A stretch of DNA of 64,000 nucleotides from Trypanosoma brucei (taxonomy: Eukaryota), in contig CP000069.1 in NCBI GenBank assembly GCA_000002445.1, positions 320,001 through 384,000 of the forward strand. The letters run 5' to 3'. Under the pieces are notes generated by a model. The model saw only the letters and a program-made list of their open reading frames with translations, was not told the origin of the DNA and did not search any database. Positions within the stretch are counted from its first letter, which is position 1; every line of letters begins with the position of its first letter. Both the position numbers and the translations under genes were made by a program. Below, piece by piece: positions 41,953 to 54,400 of this stretch.

Positions 41953-42945
41953 TCAGTCCCCTCCCACCACACTACTGTTATTATTATTATTATTATTACC
42001 ACTGCTGTTGCTGTTGGTTGATGTGGGCGGTGGGGCCGCTGCACCCGTGCCAGTCGTTCCCGGTGCAGCAAGGAAAGAATCGGGAATATCGCGCAGAAGA
42101 TCCGACGCGTTCAGTTGATGCATTTCCTCGTTTTCTAACTTCCATGCATTTTGGTTGAAAACCTCGTACTCGTTCTGCACTACGCGCCGCATCCACTGAT
42201 GCCGCGCCTTGTGGAAGCACCAACCTCGCGACACGAGCACTTTAGCGGCTACCGTTTGCAGTAAGTCCCGCGGCATGGAGTAAAATATGTAAAACAGAGT
42301 TTCATTTTTATATTTCTGCAGCATCCTGAATGTGGGCTGCCGTGGCCTGGCCTGTTTGTAGCACTCCGGAATGCGATATTCGGGAATGACAGGCACCTCT
42401 GGCCGTTCTAATGCAATACTCGCGAGTGTTGGGTGTAGAGGCCTCTGCTGAGCGACATTAATTCCGAGTGAGTTGAGTTCAAAGCCACGTGTAAGATACA
42501 AAAATGCAGCGCTGTCAGACTTTTCTGCGTTAACAGGATGTTGAATGAGGTTTGGTAGTGCGAGGAGGCCGTAAGGACCTTCCACTGCCACACGCCCACG
42601 GGGTTGCTGCTGCTGTTGTTGCTGTTGAGCCTGTTGTTGTTGTTGCTGCTGAAGTTGTTGTTGTTGTTGCTGCTGTTGCTGTTGGAGTTGGGCCTGTTGT
42701 TGTTGCTGCTGTTGCTGAAGTTGGGCCTGTTGTTGCTGCTGCTGTTGCTGAAGTTGGGCCTGTTGTTGCTGCTGCTGTTGCTGAAGTTGTTGTTGTTGCT
42801 GCGCTACCAATGCTTGTGTGGTTACGGGGAATACCCCACGCAATGACTGATATGGGTTAGGAGCTCCTGCCTGTGCGGGGTAGGCGATGGGGATTCCTTG
42901 CGGAATGGTGCCCGGGTATCGTGTTCCCTGGTTGCTATTGTTCAT
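41953..42945 (-). CDS. NOT2: CCR4-NOT complex subunit NOT2-like protein (NOT-box family) with an N-terminal polyglutamine tract (330 aa)
   Basis: The NOT-box signature ETLFYIFYSMPRDLLQTVAAKVLVSRGWCFHKARHQWMRR is characteristic of NOT2/NOT3/NOT5 C-terminal domains; its size and single domain favour NOT2. A polyQ/A tract comes from 33-nt tandem repeats. The tail is rich in Gly, Thr and Asn. Confidence 0.75.
   Translation of the reverse strand: MNNSNQGTRYPGTIPQGIPIAYPAQAGAPNPYQSLRGVFPVTTQALVAQQQQQLQQQQQQQQAQLQQQQQQQQAQLQQQQQQQQAQLQQQQQQQQQQLQQQQQQQAQQQQQQQQPRGRVAVEGPYGLLALPNLIQHPVNAEKSDSAAFLYLTRGFELNSLGINVAQQRPLHPTLASIALERPEVPVIPEYRIPECYKQARPRQPTFRMLQKYKNETLFYIFYSMPRDLLQTVAAKVLVSRGWCFHKARHQWMRRVVQNEYEVFNQNAWKLENEEMHQLNASDLLRDIPDSFLAAPGTTGTGAAAPPPTSTNSNSSGNNNNNNNSSVVGGD
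42682..42790. repeat. Three tandem 33-nt units (ctgaagttgggcctgttgttgctgctgctgttg on the + strand) encoding AQLQQQQQQQQ, inside the NOT2-like CDS and embedded in a longer CAG/CAA tract (~42604-42806)
   Basis: Seen directly in the sequence. The units are perfect or near-perfect. Confidence 0.85.
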
Positions 42946-44467
42946 GTGATATATATTTTTTTCTTATATATTTATTTACTTATTAATTTTATTTTCTTCC
43001 TTTCCCTTTCGTGCCGTTTCCCCACCTCCTTCTTCGCGTTCCCACTCTACTTTTCCTTTTCCTTTATCCTCTTTTTTTTTTGAAAAAAAAACTACTGTTT
43101 CTCTTGTTGCGGTAACTTAACAAATGACATAGAATAGAACATGTAAACAACAAAAAAAAAAGCAGATAAACGAGACAAACACAAACCGAAAAAAGGAAGG
43201 AGAAAAATAAATGGGGAAAAAGTAAAGTAATGCGAGCCGTACACTTTACACTTTACACTCGCGACAGCACTGAACTAAATGATAGAATGAACTATAAAGT
43301 AATAATAAAAATTCATGTGATGCGCGACCGATGGCTCGTCAAACCGGAGGGGTGGTGGCGTGGCTGGAAGGTACGGAACCACACACGCATATATAAATAT
43401 ATATTGATGTGCAAGTAATTGCACACTTCTTCATTTACTGTCCTTCCTTTTTGTTTATTATTATTATTATTGTTTGAATTGATTTATTTCTCATCTCTCG
43501 TAATGCACCTAATGAAAGTAGCAGCTGCGTTTAATCATACCCAAGTGAATTTCTGTACAGAACCAAACACATATATACACCTATCTTATTATTGGGACTA
43601 TGATAATAACAGAAGAATCTAAAGAATATAGATGAAGAACAAAAGAACGAAGCGGATGAATTTGGTGAAAAGCCAACGATAAAAAGCACATATACGTTTT
43701 GCGTCATATCAAAACTCAAAAAAAAAAATAAACAAACAAACAACAACAACAAGAGTTGCGGTGGAGGAGTAAACACTAACGTTGGGAATAACAATTGGGG
43801 ATATTTCATGTTTATTTTCTCCCCCTTCATTCTTTTCTTCTTTTTTCCCCGTCCTTAACATTTTCATAATCGTCATTACTACCACCGTTATCAACATTAT
43901 CACTAGCGATGCTTCCCGTTTCCTCTCAAGGGAGGTGATGGAAAACATAAGTGAGAGGAGAGGAGGAAGATGATGGGAAAAAAAAGGAAGAAAGAAAGAA
44001 AAATCTCCTGCTGAGACGGGACAGGACGGGACGTAAAACACATAAAAAGGATTAAAACAAAAACAACAAAACACTCACATACGGAAGCGCATATATATAT
44101 ATATATATATATTTATTTATTTATTTATGTATTTATGTATGTATTTATTTATTTATTTCTCTCTTCTTACTTTTCTTTTTTCTTTTTTCCTTCCCCCCCC
44201 CTTTGCGGCTACAGTAAGAAACTGTTGAAGAGAACGCCAGCTATAACAACGATAAAAAATAGTAAGATACTACTACAACAGGTTTATGGAAAAATAAATA
44301 AATAAATAAAATACGACATAGTAAAAAACAAAAACAGCAACACGCGCATACAACACATAAATGAAAACAAAATATGTGAAACATTGACGCTAAAATAACA
44401 CATATGTGCATTACAACATTCCAAATATAACATGATGAATTGTATACGGCCTGTGCGAATAACATTT

Positions 44468-44503
<36 letters not shown>

Positions 44504-45932
44504 CATATATGTAAACAAAAAACATAAACGTAAATTTTTGTGCGGCACCACTTCGAGGTATTGAAAAAATAAAAAAAAAAGAGGTTGCGGTACTTTTTTG
44601 CGTGCATATGAGGAACTGAGAGGATCATATGAACAAAATAAATATTGAAGTCAAAAAAAAAAAAAAAGGAAAAAACAAACCCCCAAAAAAGGGGTGGTAA
44701 AAGAAAAGAAAATGTAGGAGAGCTCACATTAAATCAACATATCAGCTGCTGCTGCGTCCTCTTTTTCACTATAAATATTAAACATATATATATATATATA
44801 TATATATATACTAAACCCTCCCGTTACATTCATGCGTTTCTATTTGTTATATTTATTTTATTTATATTTATGTATTTTTTAATCTCCACACACGTGACGA
44901 AACGCATGTAAGGTTAAACCCGTGACGAACGATATAAATATAAAGTAAATGTGATGTACGTGGATCCGCAATCATGTTCTATGGAGGTTATTTAAAGTAC
45001 TAAAGCATGAAAAATAAACAACAACAACAACAACTCTAATAATAGTTAGAGCGAATATATGACCCAACATCGCATTCATTAAAAGAAAAAAAAAAACAGA
45101 TTCTTAAATAAATAAACATAAACAAAATCATGCAAACTAACACAAATAAGCATATAACACAAAAAAAAACATTTTGCGTGCGGCACATAAAAAGGTATGG
45201 AAAAAGGCGTGATAGAAAGTTCGTCTTTTTTTTTTTTTACATTTTTTTTTAAAAGTTAGCGGAGAGGAGGAAAGGAAGGCTGTCCACACGTACACACAAG
45301 TGAATATGACTCACATTTACTAAAAACAAAAAAAAAAACAAAGCAAAACAACCGACAAAAATGAGGAGGAAACAAAACAAAACGAGAAATCTCCTTTACC
45401 GTCTCCCATACACTTATCGAACAATTAATAAGCCCCCCTCCTCCCCCCCCCCACACACAAAAAAAAAAAGAAACGAAACGAAATGAAATGAAAACTCACA
45501 AATAGACATATTTGTGTACATCGTTGCGTTACAGCAGAAACAACAAAAGCATCAATATCGATAACATATGAACAACAATAAAAGTAATACACACATGCAT
45601 ACATACAAACACACAAACGAAAACAAAAAAAAACAACTAAAGAAATAAAAGAATTAAAGGAAAGAAAAAAAAAAAAAGAAAACAGGGCTGAGGAATGATT
45701 GGATTTGAATGACATTTGACGTTTGCGTGTGGGTTGTTGAGATGAATGTGCAGTTACAACATCCATGTGAAATGATGGTATGAAGGAGTCTGAACAATCA
45801 TCCCAACCGCAATGGAAGCAATGCACGTTTATGTATAAGTATATAATTTTATGTCGTTTGATTGATTCATTCATTCATTTTGTTAATTTCTTCTTCTTTT
45901 GTTCCTCTTCTCTTCTCTTTTCTTTTCATGTT

Positions 45933-45963
<31 letters not shown>

Positions 45964-46445
45964 CTTGCATTTAATAAACCCTTTAAACACCACCTTTTCA
46001 ACACAAAGCAAAACAACATATCGATTAAAAATAGGGCAAAAAAAAGTTCAAACGACAAAATAAAATAACACACACACACACACAAAAATAAAAGGAGGAA
46101 TACCGTTTTCTTTCATTATTTCTTGGCAGCCAATTGGACACATCACTTCTCGTTACGGTGGTGTAATATAAAAACAAGGGGCGAAAGGGGTTGAGAGAAA
46201 GTTATTAAACGACAAATAAACAAAACAAAAAAAAGAGCAAAAAGAAAAAAAACAAATACGAGGGGAAGAGCAACTAACAAAACAACCAGATAAAGTTAAA
46301 TGGCGGTACATGAATATTGTACATACGTGCATAAATAAATAAATATATATATATATATTTATATTTACATACGCGCGCCAACTCCCTTCGTATTGTACAC
46401 TTGTATACGGCACTTGAATAAAGGAAAAGAAGAGTCGTCATTCCT

Positions 46446-48782
46446 TCATGAACCGCCATTCTGTTGGTCTAATTGAAAGGCCGGCATCTGTAATTTCCCC
46501 CATTCCATTCCCTGATACACCTTCAGAAACAAATTCGATACATTATTCGATGAGGCCGATTGAATGGTGTCCGCACTGGCGCAAGAGGCCTCACTGTTGA
46601 GGCGGGCAAAGTTCAGCATCAACCCTGAGAAAAACGGAGGAGCATTATCGGGGTTCTGCGACAAGACGCCCTCGGAATTCTCCCGTCTTGTCGTCCACTC
46701 CAGTGGCTGCTCCTTCGTGTTATTCGCACTGCATTGAGCGGGTTGATTGCTGTACCGTTGATTAATGCTGTTGCTGTGACTTTCTATTCGTTCACGCGAG
46801 GCCGCGGCATCCACTGGTGAGTATAATCCCTTCAGGGCGTGAAAGTGGTGACTAGCGAGGCGTTTTGGTGTGAAGAGACTCGGGCTGCGGCCAGGTGGAA
46901 CGTTAGAACCAATATATGAAGATGCTGGAGTTAGTGGATGGGGAAATGGTAATGCTGCGTCGGGTCGCTCAACTACCGGTGAAATATTTTCACCGTTGCG
47001 GCCATAATCCAGCACAGAAAGTTCCTGTACATGCTGAAGTGGGTCAAAGGCATCTGAAACGATCGTGAAATTCATGGGACTTCGTACGACACGCGGGCGG
47101 CACACTGTTGGATGTTTGTCTTTTACATTCAGGCCAAACGCTTGCGCGCCGGTTAAACGTGTCATGCGACTGTCGAGTGACTGATTATCCATTCGAGAGA
47201 AGTCCGTAAGGCAAAGCACACCTCCCTGTAACTCCGAATATGCACGTTGAAGGCTATCTCGACTATCTCTAAGCATATCCAGTGCTCCTTGATCGTTTCC
47301 CAACCCATTCCACTCGTATAGCGCGGCTGAGGATAGGCTAGGGGAGTCATTTTCATTTCCCCTAAGTATCGAAACAGAGGGAGAGCTCATTTCCATATCT
47401 GCACGTGGGGGCTCGTCCAGCCGACGTTGCTGCTTGAACTCTTTTTTCATCTGATTTGCTCGTTTGAGTCCTTTCGACCTTTTGCTTCTTGGGGGAGAAT
47501 TGATGTACTCTGGCGAAAGGGAAGTGGATGGTGATGGCAACAACAACTCACACCCCATTTGTGGAAGTAAGTGATCCGCGCCAACAAACATCATCGCTGT
47601 CATGGAGCGCCCAGTGGAGCCCAGTGTGAGTTCGGAGATTGAGATTAATCCCGTCGCTTCAAGCTCATCGTTCGAACATTCTCTCTCATCCTCAGCATTG
47701 TCTCTGGTTGCAGCGGGCACCAATCCATTCTTCGTATTCGCAGATGCTCGTGCGGACTCTCCTTTGGCTCTGCGACCGTCACACGCACATGCACACGCGC
47801 ATGTAATCGGCTGCTCTCTGAAGGACACTGTTCCGTGAGGATTAGCCGTAGATGGAGGTACCAGTACAAATGTAGAGGCTTCCCTGTACAATTCACTCGT
47901 GAATCTCCTTGATCTGCCTCCTGTGTCATTGAGAACGTTCACACTCGTACAGCAGTTATCTTTGGATACCCCGCTCGCGCTGGTATTGGGAGGCGTTTGA
48001 CTCAGAATTTCACTGTTGCTATTTCTTCTTGTGTTGGGACGGGATGAGGTTGTGTGGCACCGCAAACAAGTCGAGTTCTCCTTCCGCTCCTCATGATATA
48101 TTTCCCCTGCTTCGCTGTTGCAGTCACATCCATTCGTGCATTCCTGATACCGTCGGTCCACCTCCACAGCGCAACGATGCAAGCGGTTGCTATTCTTCCT
48201 GCATGCTGGAATGGAAATAGCACTGTTGCTTCTACCATGATTTATTTTACAGCCGCTGTAGCAGCGCTCAACTCGTTTTGGCGCGACCCTCTTAACAACT
48301 GTGGAGGAGCGAGTTCGTCCTGTACGGCACTTTCGAATGCTCCTCGCAGCGGTAAATTTCGGTAACATCATTCCTGAAAAGCACAAGTCCCTGCCCCCAT
48401 CAAATATCGGGGTGGGCATTACATCATCGAGGTTGAGAGTGGATTCTGCCGTCTCCTGCTCCTGTTCCTGCAGTTGATCTTGTTGTGGTTGTGGTGGAGG
48501 CGAAACGGTGGTTCTCTTGCCATTTTTCTTCGTTGTGACAGTCCTCGTTCGTAACAGCCGGACTAATGGCGGACAGCGCGAGCCACTGTCATTTATTTCC
48601 TGCAGCAGATGGCTGTCTACTCGCCTTGTGTCGTGCCCAGGTTCTGTATCAATAATGTTGCTTTTATTATTGTTGCCGTTATTGTTATTGTTGACGTCAT
48701 TCCTGGAGCCTTCAGCTGAGCTGGAAGCGTAGGAGGATTGAATCTCCTTCTTAGAGCCCTCCACAGGGTTGTACATGTGCAT
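46446..48782 (-). CDS. Hypothetical Ser/Asn-rich, largely low-complexity protein (778 aa)
   Basis: This long ORF is on the gene-block strand. It has no recognisable domain, a Cys-containing stretch (RCYSGCKINHG...CTNGCDCNSEAG...CLRCH) and an N-terminal poly-Asn run. Confidence 0.55.
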   Translation of the reverse strand: MHMYNPVEGSKKEIQSSYASSSAEGSRNDVNNNNNGNNNKSNIIDTEPGHDTRRVDSHLLQEINDSGSRCPPLVRLLRTRTVTTKKNGKRTTVSPPPQPQQDQLQEQEQETAESTLNLDDVMPTPIFDGGRDLCFSGMMLPKFTAARSIRKCRTGRTRSSTVVKRVAPKRVERCYSGCKINHGRSNSAISIPACRKNSNRLHRCAVEVDRRYQECTNGCDCNSEAGEIYHEERKENSTCLRCHTTSSRPNTRRNSNSEILSQTPPNTSASGVSKDNCCTSVNVLNDTGGRSRRFTSELYREASTFVLVPPSTANPHGTVSFREQPITCACACACDGRRAKGESARASANTKNGLVPAATRDNAEDERECSNDELEATGLISISELTLGSTGRSMTAMMFVGADHLLPQMGCELLLPSPSTSLSPEYINSPPRSKRSKGLKRANQMKKEFKQQRRLDEPPRADMEMSSPSVSILRGNENDSPSLSSAALYEWNGLGNDQGALDMLRDSRDSLQRAYSELQGGVLCLTDFSRMDNQSLDSRMTRLTGAQAFGLNVKDKHPTVCRPRVVRSPMNFTIVSDAFDPLQHVQELSVLDYGRNGENISPVVERPDAALPFPHPLTPASSYIGSNVPPGRSPSLFTPKRLASHHFHALKGLYSPVDAAASRERIESHSNSINQRYSNQPAQCSANNTKEQPLEWTTRRENSEGVLSQNPDNAPPFFSGLMLNFARLNSEASCASADTIQSASSNNVSNLFLKVYQGMEWGKLQMPAFQLDQQNGGS

Positions 48783-51435
48783 GGTTAATATTATTTACTT
48801 TTTTTCTTTGTTTTCAAAATTTCCCCCCTCCACGCCCAATTATTTCTTTCGCAGTGGCAACACGAACGAAATCGACAAACCTCTCCCCCTCCGAAAACAA
48901 AAACAAACAGTGCCGGCAACAGCACTATAAAGCGTGTCTCTGTTGCTTCCTTTCCACAGCACAAGGACCTCCTTGAGCGTACGTGCGACCTCAGTTGAGG
49001 ATTTGGTGATTAATGATAATAACAGAGGCAAAAATAAAAAAAAACAAAAAGCAACGAATGAAGCAAACACGAAAACTGAATTACCGCTAACTTTCTTTCT
49101 TTTTTCTTTTTGTAAGCGGTGTTGCTATTAATTCTGGTGCAGCTTGTTCTGAAGTCACACCACCACGAAAGAAAAAAAAGTAAAAGAGAATACCTCCTTG
49201 ATAAACCACCGCTGAAGAGTTTAGAAAACTCACAAAAAAAAAAGATAACGAACAAACGAACCCCCCTTTTTTTAAACAACAACAACAACAACACTTCTCC
49301 CTTGTCTGGTGACCTTTCACTTCACCTGTTGGTGTTGTTGTTTAATTTTTTTACCTTTAGTTATTGTGTGGTCACTCACCTCGAAGGAAGAATGACGTTT
49401 TTTTTTTCCCCCTCTCGTTTCCTTTTCCTTTTCCTCTTTCTTCCTTCGTTTTGTTCTCACAAAAAACTTCTCGATATATAAATATACAAGTACAAAAACT
49501 TAACACAAACTTTATGTAAGTCCTTTTTCTTCCTTTTCTTTTTATTTCTCTATATATTTGAAATATTTAAACACGCAAACACCAGCACCAACCACTGGGG
49601 AGAAACGGGCGACACGTCAGTGGCAGTAAATACACTAAGAATTAGAAGGAAACGGGGGAATTACAATAAATCAAATTCAACTCCCCTAGATGTATAATAT
49701 GTTTATATATAAATTTATATATGCGCGCCGTGCACTTCCAGATCAATCCCTCCCCCTTTTTTTTGTATATTCCTACTTACAAAATAACTTACACTTGTTC
49801 GTGCGCACAAACTCCAAAGGGTGGTGTGGAACTCAATATATAAATAAATATAAATATACAGACGGTATGTATATACGTGAGAAAGTAAATAAATATAAAT
49901 ATATATATATATATATTTACGTGTAGTGGAAAAGAAAAATAGGCAACAACGAGTTTGAAGGTTGTGTGTTGCACTGGGGCAGTACCTTATCTAATAGTGA
50001 GGTTTTTTTAAAAAAAATGAGAAAGAGTTAAGGAAAGAGATGAAAAAGAAATGTTGTGTTTGACATAAAGGATGTGTGGTTTTGAGAAGTAATTACACCA
50101 ACAGCAACTGACACATATACACAATTGAGTGAATAACAGCGGGTATTCCAACGACAGATACAGAAGGGCAGTGCCACTTCGTTGCCTGGTTTTCTGAATT
50201 TTTTTTTCCTTCTTTTTCTTTTTCTTTTTTTTAAAAATGCCCTTTTGTTTTTATTTTCATGCGGATTCTTATGAGTCCAGATATAATTATATACGAGGGG
50301 AGGGGATCATAGGAGGAAAGTGAAGCCTTTATTTCCCTCTCCGAATAAGCAAACAAACAATAATAACAGTAGTAGTAGTAATAATAATAATAATAATAAC
50401 ACAAAGAAAGAAAGATTAAAAACACACAACACACAAACACACACACGCAAAAAGAAAAAAAGAACGTTTCATGCGAGAACTGCGACAGCTGCTGATTGCT
50501 TCACTGCCATTTTATCCACTGGAACCAAAAACGACACGCGCAGACTATATACTAATTTAAAATAAATAAATATACATATCTCCCTTATTTGTCAGGCATA
50601 AAGGAAAAAAAAACATTGGATGGAAAGGAAGCGTTATCTCGAAGAAACAAACGAACAACAGCGACATCTGTGGAAGACTAAGAGTAGACAAAAAGGCAAA
50701 AAAAAAAGAAGAGAAAACCAGATACCCCCCCCCACGAAACTTCTTTATAACATATTGTGACAACGAAGCAAACAAAATAGAAGAGGAAAAAAAAAAGAAA
50801 ACCGTAGCTCCAGTGATAAAACTAATAAAAATAGAACCACCAAACGCCACTCCACCGTGGGATCTCACTTATCTCTATTTCTTTTTTTCTTTTTAAATGC
50901 CCTTTTAACGCTGCTCATGCAACATCATCACTGAAGATAAATACAAAACACATCTATCTCATGGCCCCTTTGCACGAGCGATTATTAGACCAACGCTCCT
51001 CTTTTTCCGTTCATCATCTGTTTCCCCTCCCTTTCTTCCTTCCTCATTTCAGTTCACTCCACTTGATTCTTTTTAACATGACTTTAGCTCTTGTTGTCCT
51101 TCCATCCTTTAGAAAGAAAAAAAATCCATGACTTCGTTTTCGCCTCAGAGTGACGAATCTACACAAACTGAGTTTTACAAATGCATCATGCATACGAGAC
51201 AAATTATGTATTCCCGCCGCCGGGCCCGCAGACATTGATAACAGCAACTAAATACAAAAGGAGGAGATAAGCTATCGGGTTGGGCATAGCAAGTCAGATA
51301 AGGGGACGAAACATAAAAACAAACAAACAAAAAAGGGAAATAAATGAGCAAGAAGGCTGCCTAGCTAACCCTAACCCTAACCATAATCAATAGAACGAAG
51401 GAGAGAATGAAAACATCTACATTTGAAACCCGCCG

Positions 51436-54400
51436 CTATATATCAAAGGCCTCCTCCAGTTCATCCAGAAGAGACTCGTATCCACCGTGTAGACGAGGCG
51501 CGGCTGGTTCCGGTGGTGTTACCGCAGGGGTTTGTTGTTGTGAGCGTCTCGCCTCCGTTCCAGTGCCGCTCGGCGAATTTATAGATCCTTCACCCAGCGA
51601 AGATGTGAGTGAAAATGGCCGCCCTACTCTGCTTTCCTCACCAGCTGGCGCGGCCTTCTGCTGCAAACTGCTCCATCGTTCATCCAAAAAGGGCAAACTT
51701 CGTGATTTGGTTAACTGTTGGCCGGGGTCCCGCTGACGCAGCGCACAGCTTTTACTTGCCCCACTGCTGCACTCACTACCCTCGAGCCTTCCACAGCTGT
51801 TATTACCACTGCGACGGCGACTGATCTGACCGCGTGCTGAATACGTGCTTTCACACAGAGCGGCATGTGAGAAGGAACGTCTGAGAAAGGGATCGCCCGC
51901 ACCCATGGGTACGGGACTATGATGCCCCGCTAATCTAGCGGGTGGCGTGAAGGCAGCACCTCCACCTCTATTCACTCCACAGTGTATGACCGGCTGGCTA
52001 CGCGTTATGCGCTGATTGGTTGTACAACCTGTAAATGGCTGTTGACCACTTTCAAGACCCTCTCGACCTTCGGCTGGGGAGCTGTGGCTGGCAGATGCAC
52101 ACGAACAACATTCCACTGGTCCCGCATTTGTCGCCGCTAACCGCTTCCCCTCGTCACTATGGCGTTGTTCGCTCTCCACCGCTAAGTGGAAATACCGCTG
52201 TGACGTTGATGAGAAGCTATCCCTTAGTGAAGCAACAGTGACCGCATGGTACGTAGATGGGCTCTGCTCACTAAACCTCCGCAGTCTCTGCGGTCTTTCG
52301 TAGCAGAAGCTATAACGCATAAAGAAACGCTCCCACAAGGTAATGCCATCTAGGGGAAGTGGATCGAGCAGAGGCCCAACACATTCCTTGTTGTCAGCCA
52401 ACGAGAAATGTGGGTTCAGCAGACCGGAGTACATGAGAGCATCACTCGAAATACATAAACGTCGTGGCTTACATAGTGAAGAAAACTTACCCACCGCCGG
52501 GCACCAGTTGGGAGTATAAATTGATGAACCGCCATAACCCACTTTGAAAAAGGATTGCAGGGGGATGGGATGAGAGCAAGGTGATGTGGTGGCTTCTGTA
52601 TCTACCGATGCGTTCGTCACTCTGTACTCCCCGTCATCATACGCCCTCCGCACGTCTATAGATGATTCTAGCGAAGTCAGCTGTTCCCCTTCTGTTGGAA
52701 TGGTTGTCGCGAGAACGAGAGCTATGAGTTGACTGAGCGAAAGTGTGTGTTTTTCCACCCCCCACCGCTTGATGTCAGCCTCACAATTCACCGCGAAGGT
52801 ACCTACGATGCCCGCGTTAAGGATGTCGACAATCAGAAGAAGAAAATTTTCCGTAAATTCGAAGCAGTGCGGGTAGATGCGAAGGAGCTGGTATACGGCA
52901 TCAATAAACTGTAGCATAATGGGTGAGTTCTGCTTTCCACCCAACAGAGTATGCGGTGAGCCACTGGGTGAGGAACTCTCCTTTTCGTCAAATGTGTCCC
53001 CGTTTCCGCCACCGTTGTTGCAGTTTCCACTACCTTCGGAAACGGCGCTGCTACCATTTTGTGTGTCCCACTGGCTCTTCTTTCCTGTAGCTGTGCACGT
53101 AGAGCGGGTGGCAAAAGGGTGACCAAAGGCAACAAACTCCTTCTCCACCAGTATGAGAAAGCCTTCTACCGTGCGGTAGTATGGGTCGAGGAGGAGTTGC
53201 GATAAAGCACAGACCTGCGGTGTACGGTCCCACCCATCGGAGCAGTTCACCATTACTAAACGCGCATCCTTCCGACTCTGCAGTGGCGTGTACGAGGGTA
53301 TCTGTTGTGATTCGGTGGGGAGCGGTGCAGCAGACTTCACACCACCAATGTTCCGACATACAGAGTGGAATGCTCTCATCCACATATACATGGTGGAGGA
53401 GGTGCCAACATCTGTTTTGGCCGGGAAAAGGGCATTTTCCTCCGATACACCAGCCACTAGACGAGCGGCATCCTCAGCGGTGCGCAGTAATCCACGGATG
53501 TGTTCCACCCATGCCATTTTGGCTTTGCCAAGCGGTTGGTTCTCTTGCGCTCGCAGTTGGGCGAGTGATGAGGTTGGTCCCCCCGCTTGGGTGTTCTGCC
53601 TCTTTGGAGCCGTAGCGCATTTCATCACGGCTGTGGGAAAGTTCGGATTGTGGGTAAATATTTCTTCACAGAGTGAATCATAACTTTCGCGTACATGGTG
53701 AATGTTCTCAAGTGAGCAGAAGCGTCTGTTTTCACCCAGCGAAAAGCCCCCTCCCACAAGCGTACTGCTTAACGCACGTATACCACTGCGGAGGTCAAAA
53801 ATGTGCACGGGACGCATGCAAGCGTTTCGGTACTCTTCCACAGGGTCAGTCAGTGCCTTTGCGGAAGCGGCCGATGCATAAAGCGCCGGTATAACAGCGG
53901 GCTGTGCGGCACGAACAAGCCCCGCTTCGCTCGCTGAATAATAAAATGAAAGTGCCTCCACACGCCCACGTCCACGAAGCCGTGCTGTGTGCAACAGCCT
54001 GTCGTCGTGTAGACTGTTCGGTACAACAAAACGCTCCGGATACGTTGTAAAGTGCTTGTGGTCTATGTTAATATCAGTTATTCTCCACTGCTTCAGGGGA
54101 ATATCCTGCCTTTCAAATTCCTCTGCCACAGAGTAAAGCCACCAATGGTGTGCTCGCCCTTGGGTACTATCTTCACACTCATACTCACATTCACGCTTAT
54201 CTCTTCTTTCCTCCTCTTTCTGCCCTCCTCGTTCCTCCAAATCGACAAATGCAGTGAGAATATTTCGGATAACCTGCAGATAAAACGGAGTGTATGGATT
54301 CGGTAGGACATCACCAGCTGTTAGCACTAAGCCGACCATACGCCAAGGTCGGCGAGCGCTGGCCAATAGTCGGTTTCCGTATGAGGATGTCATTGGCGCA

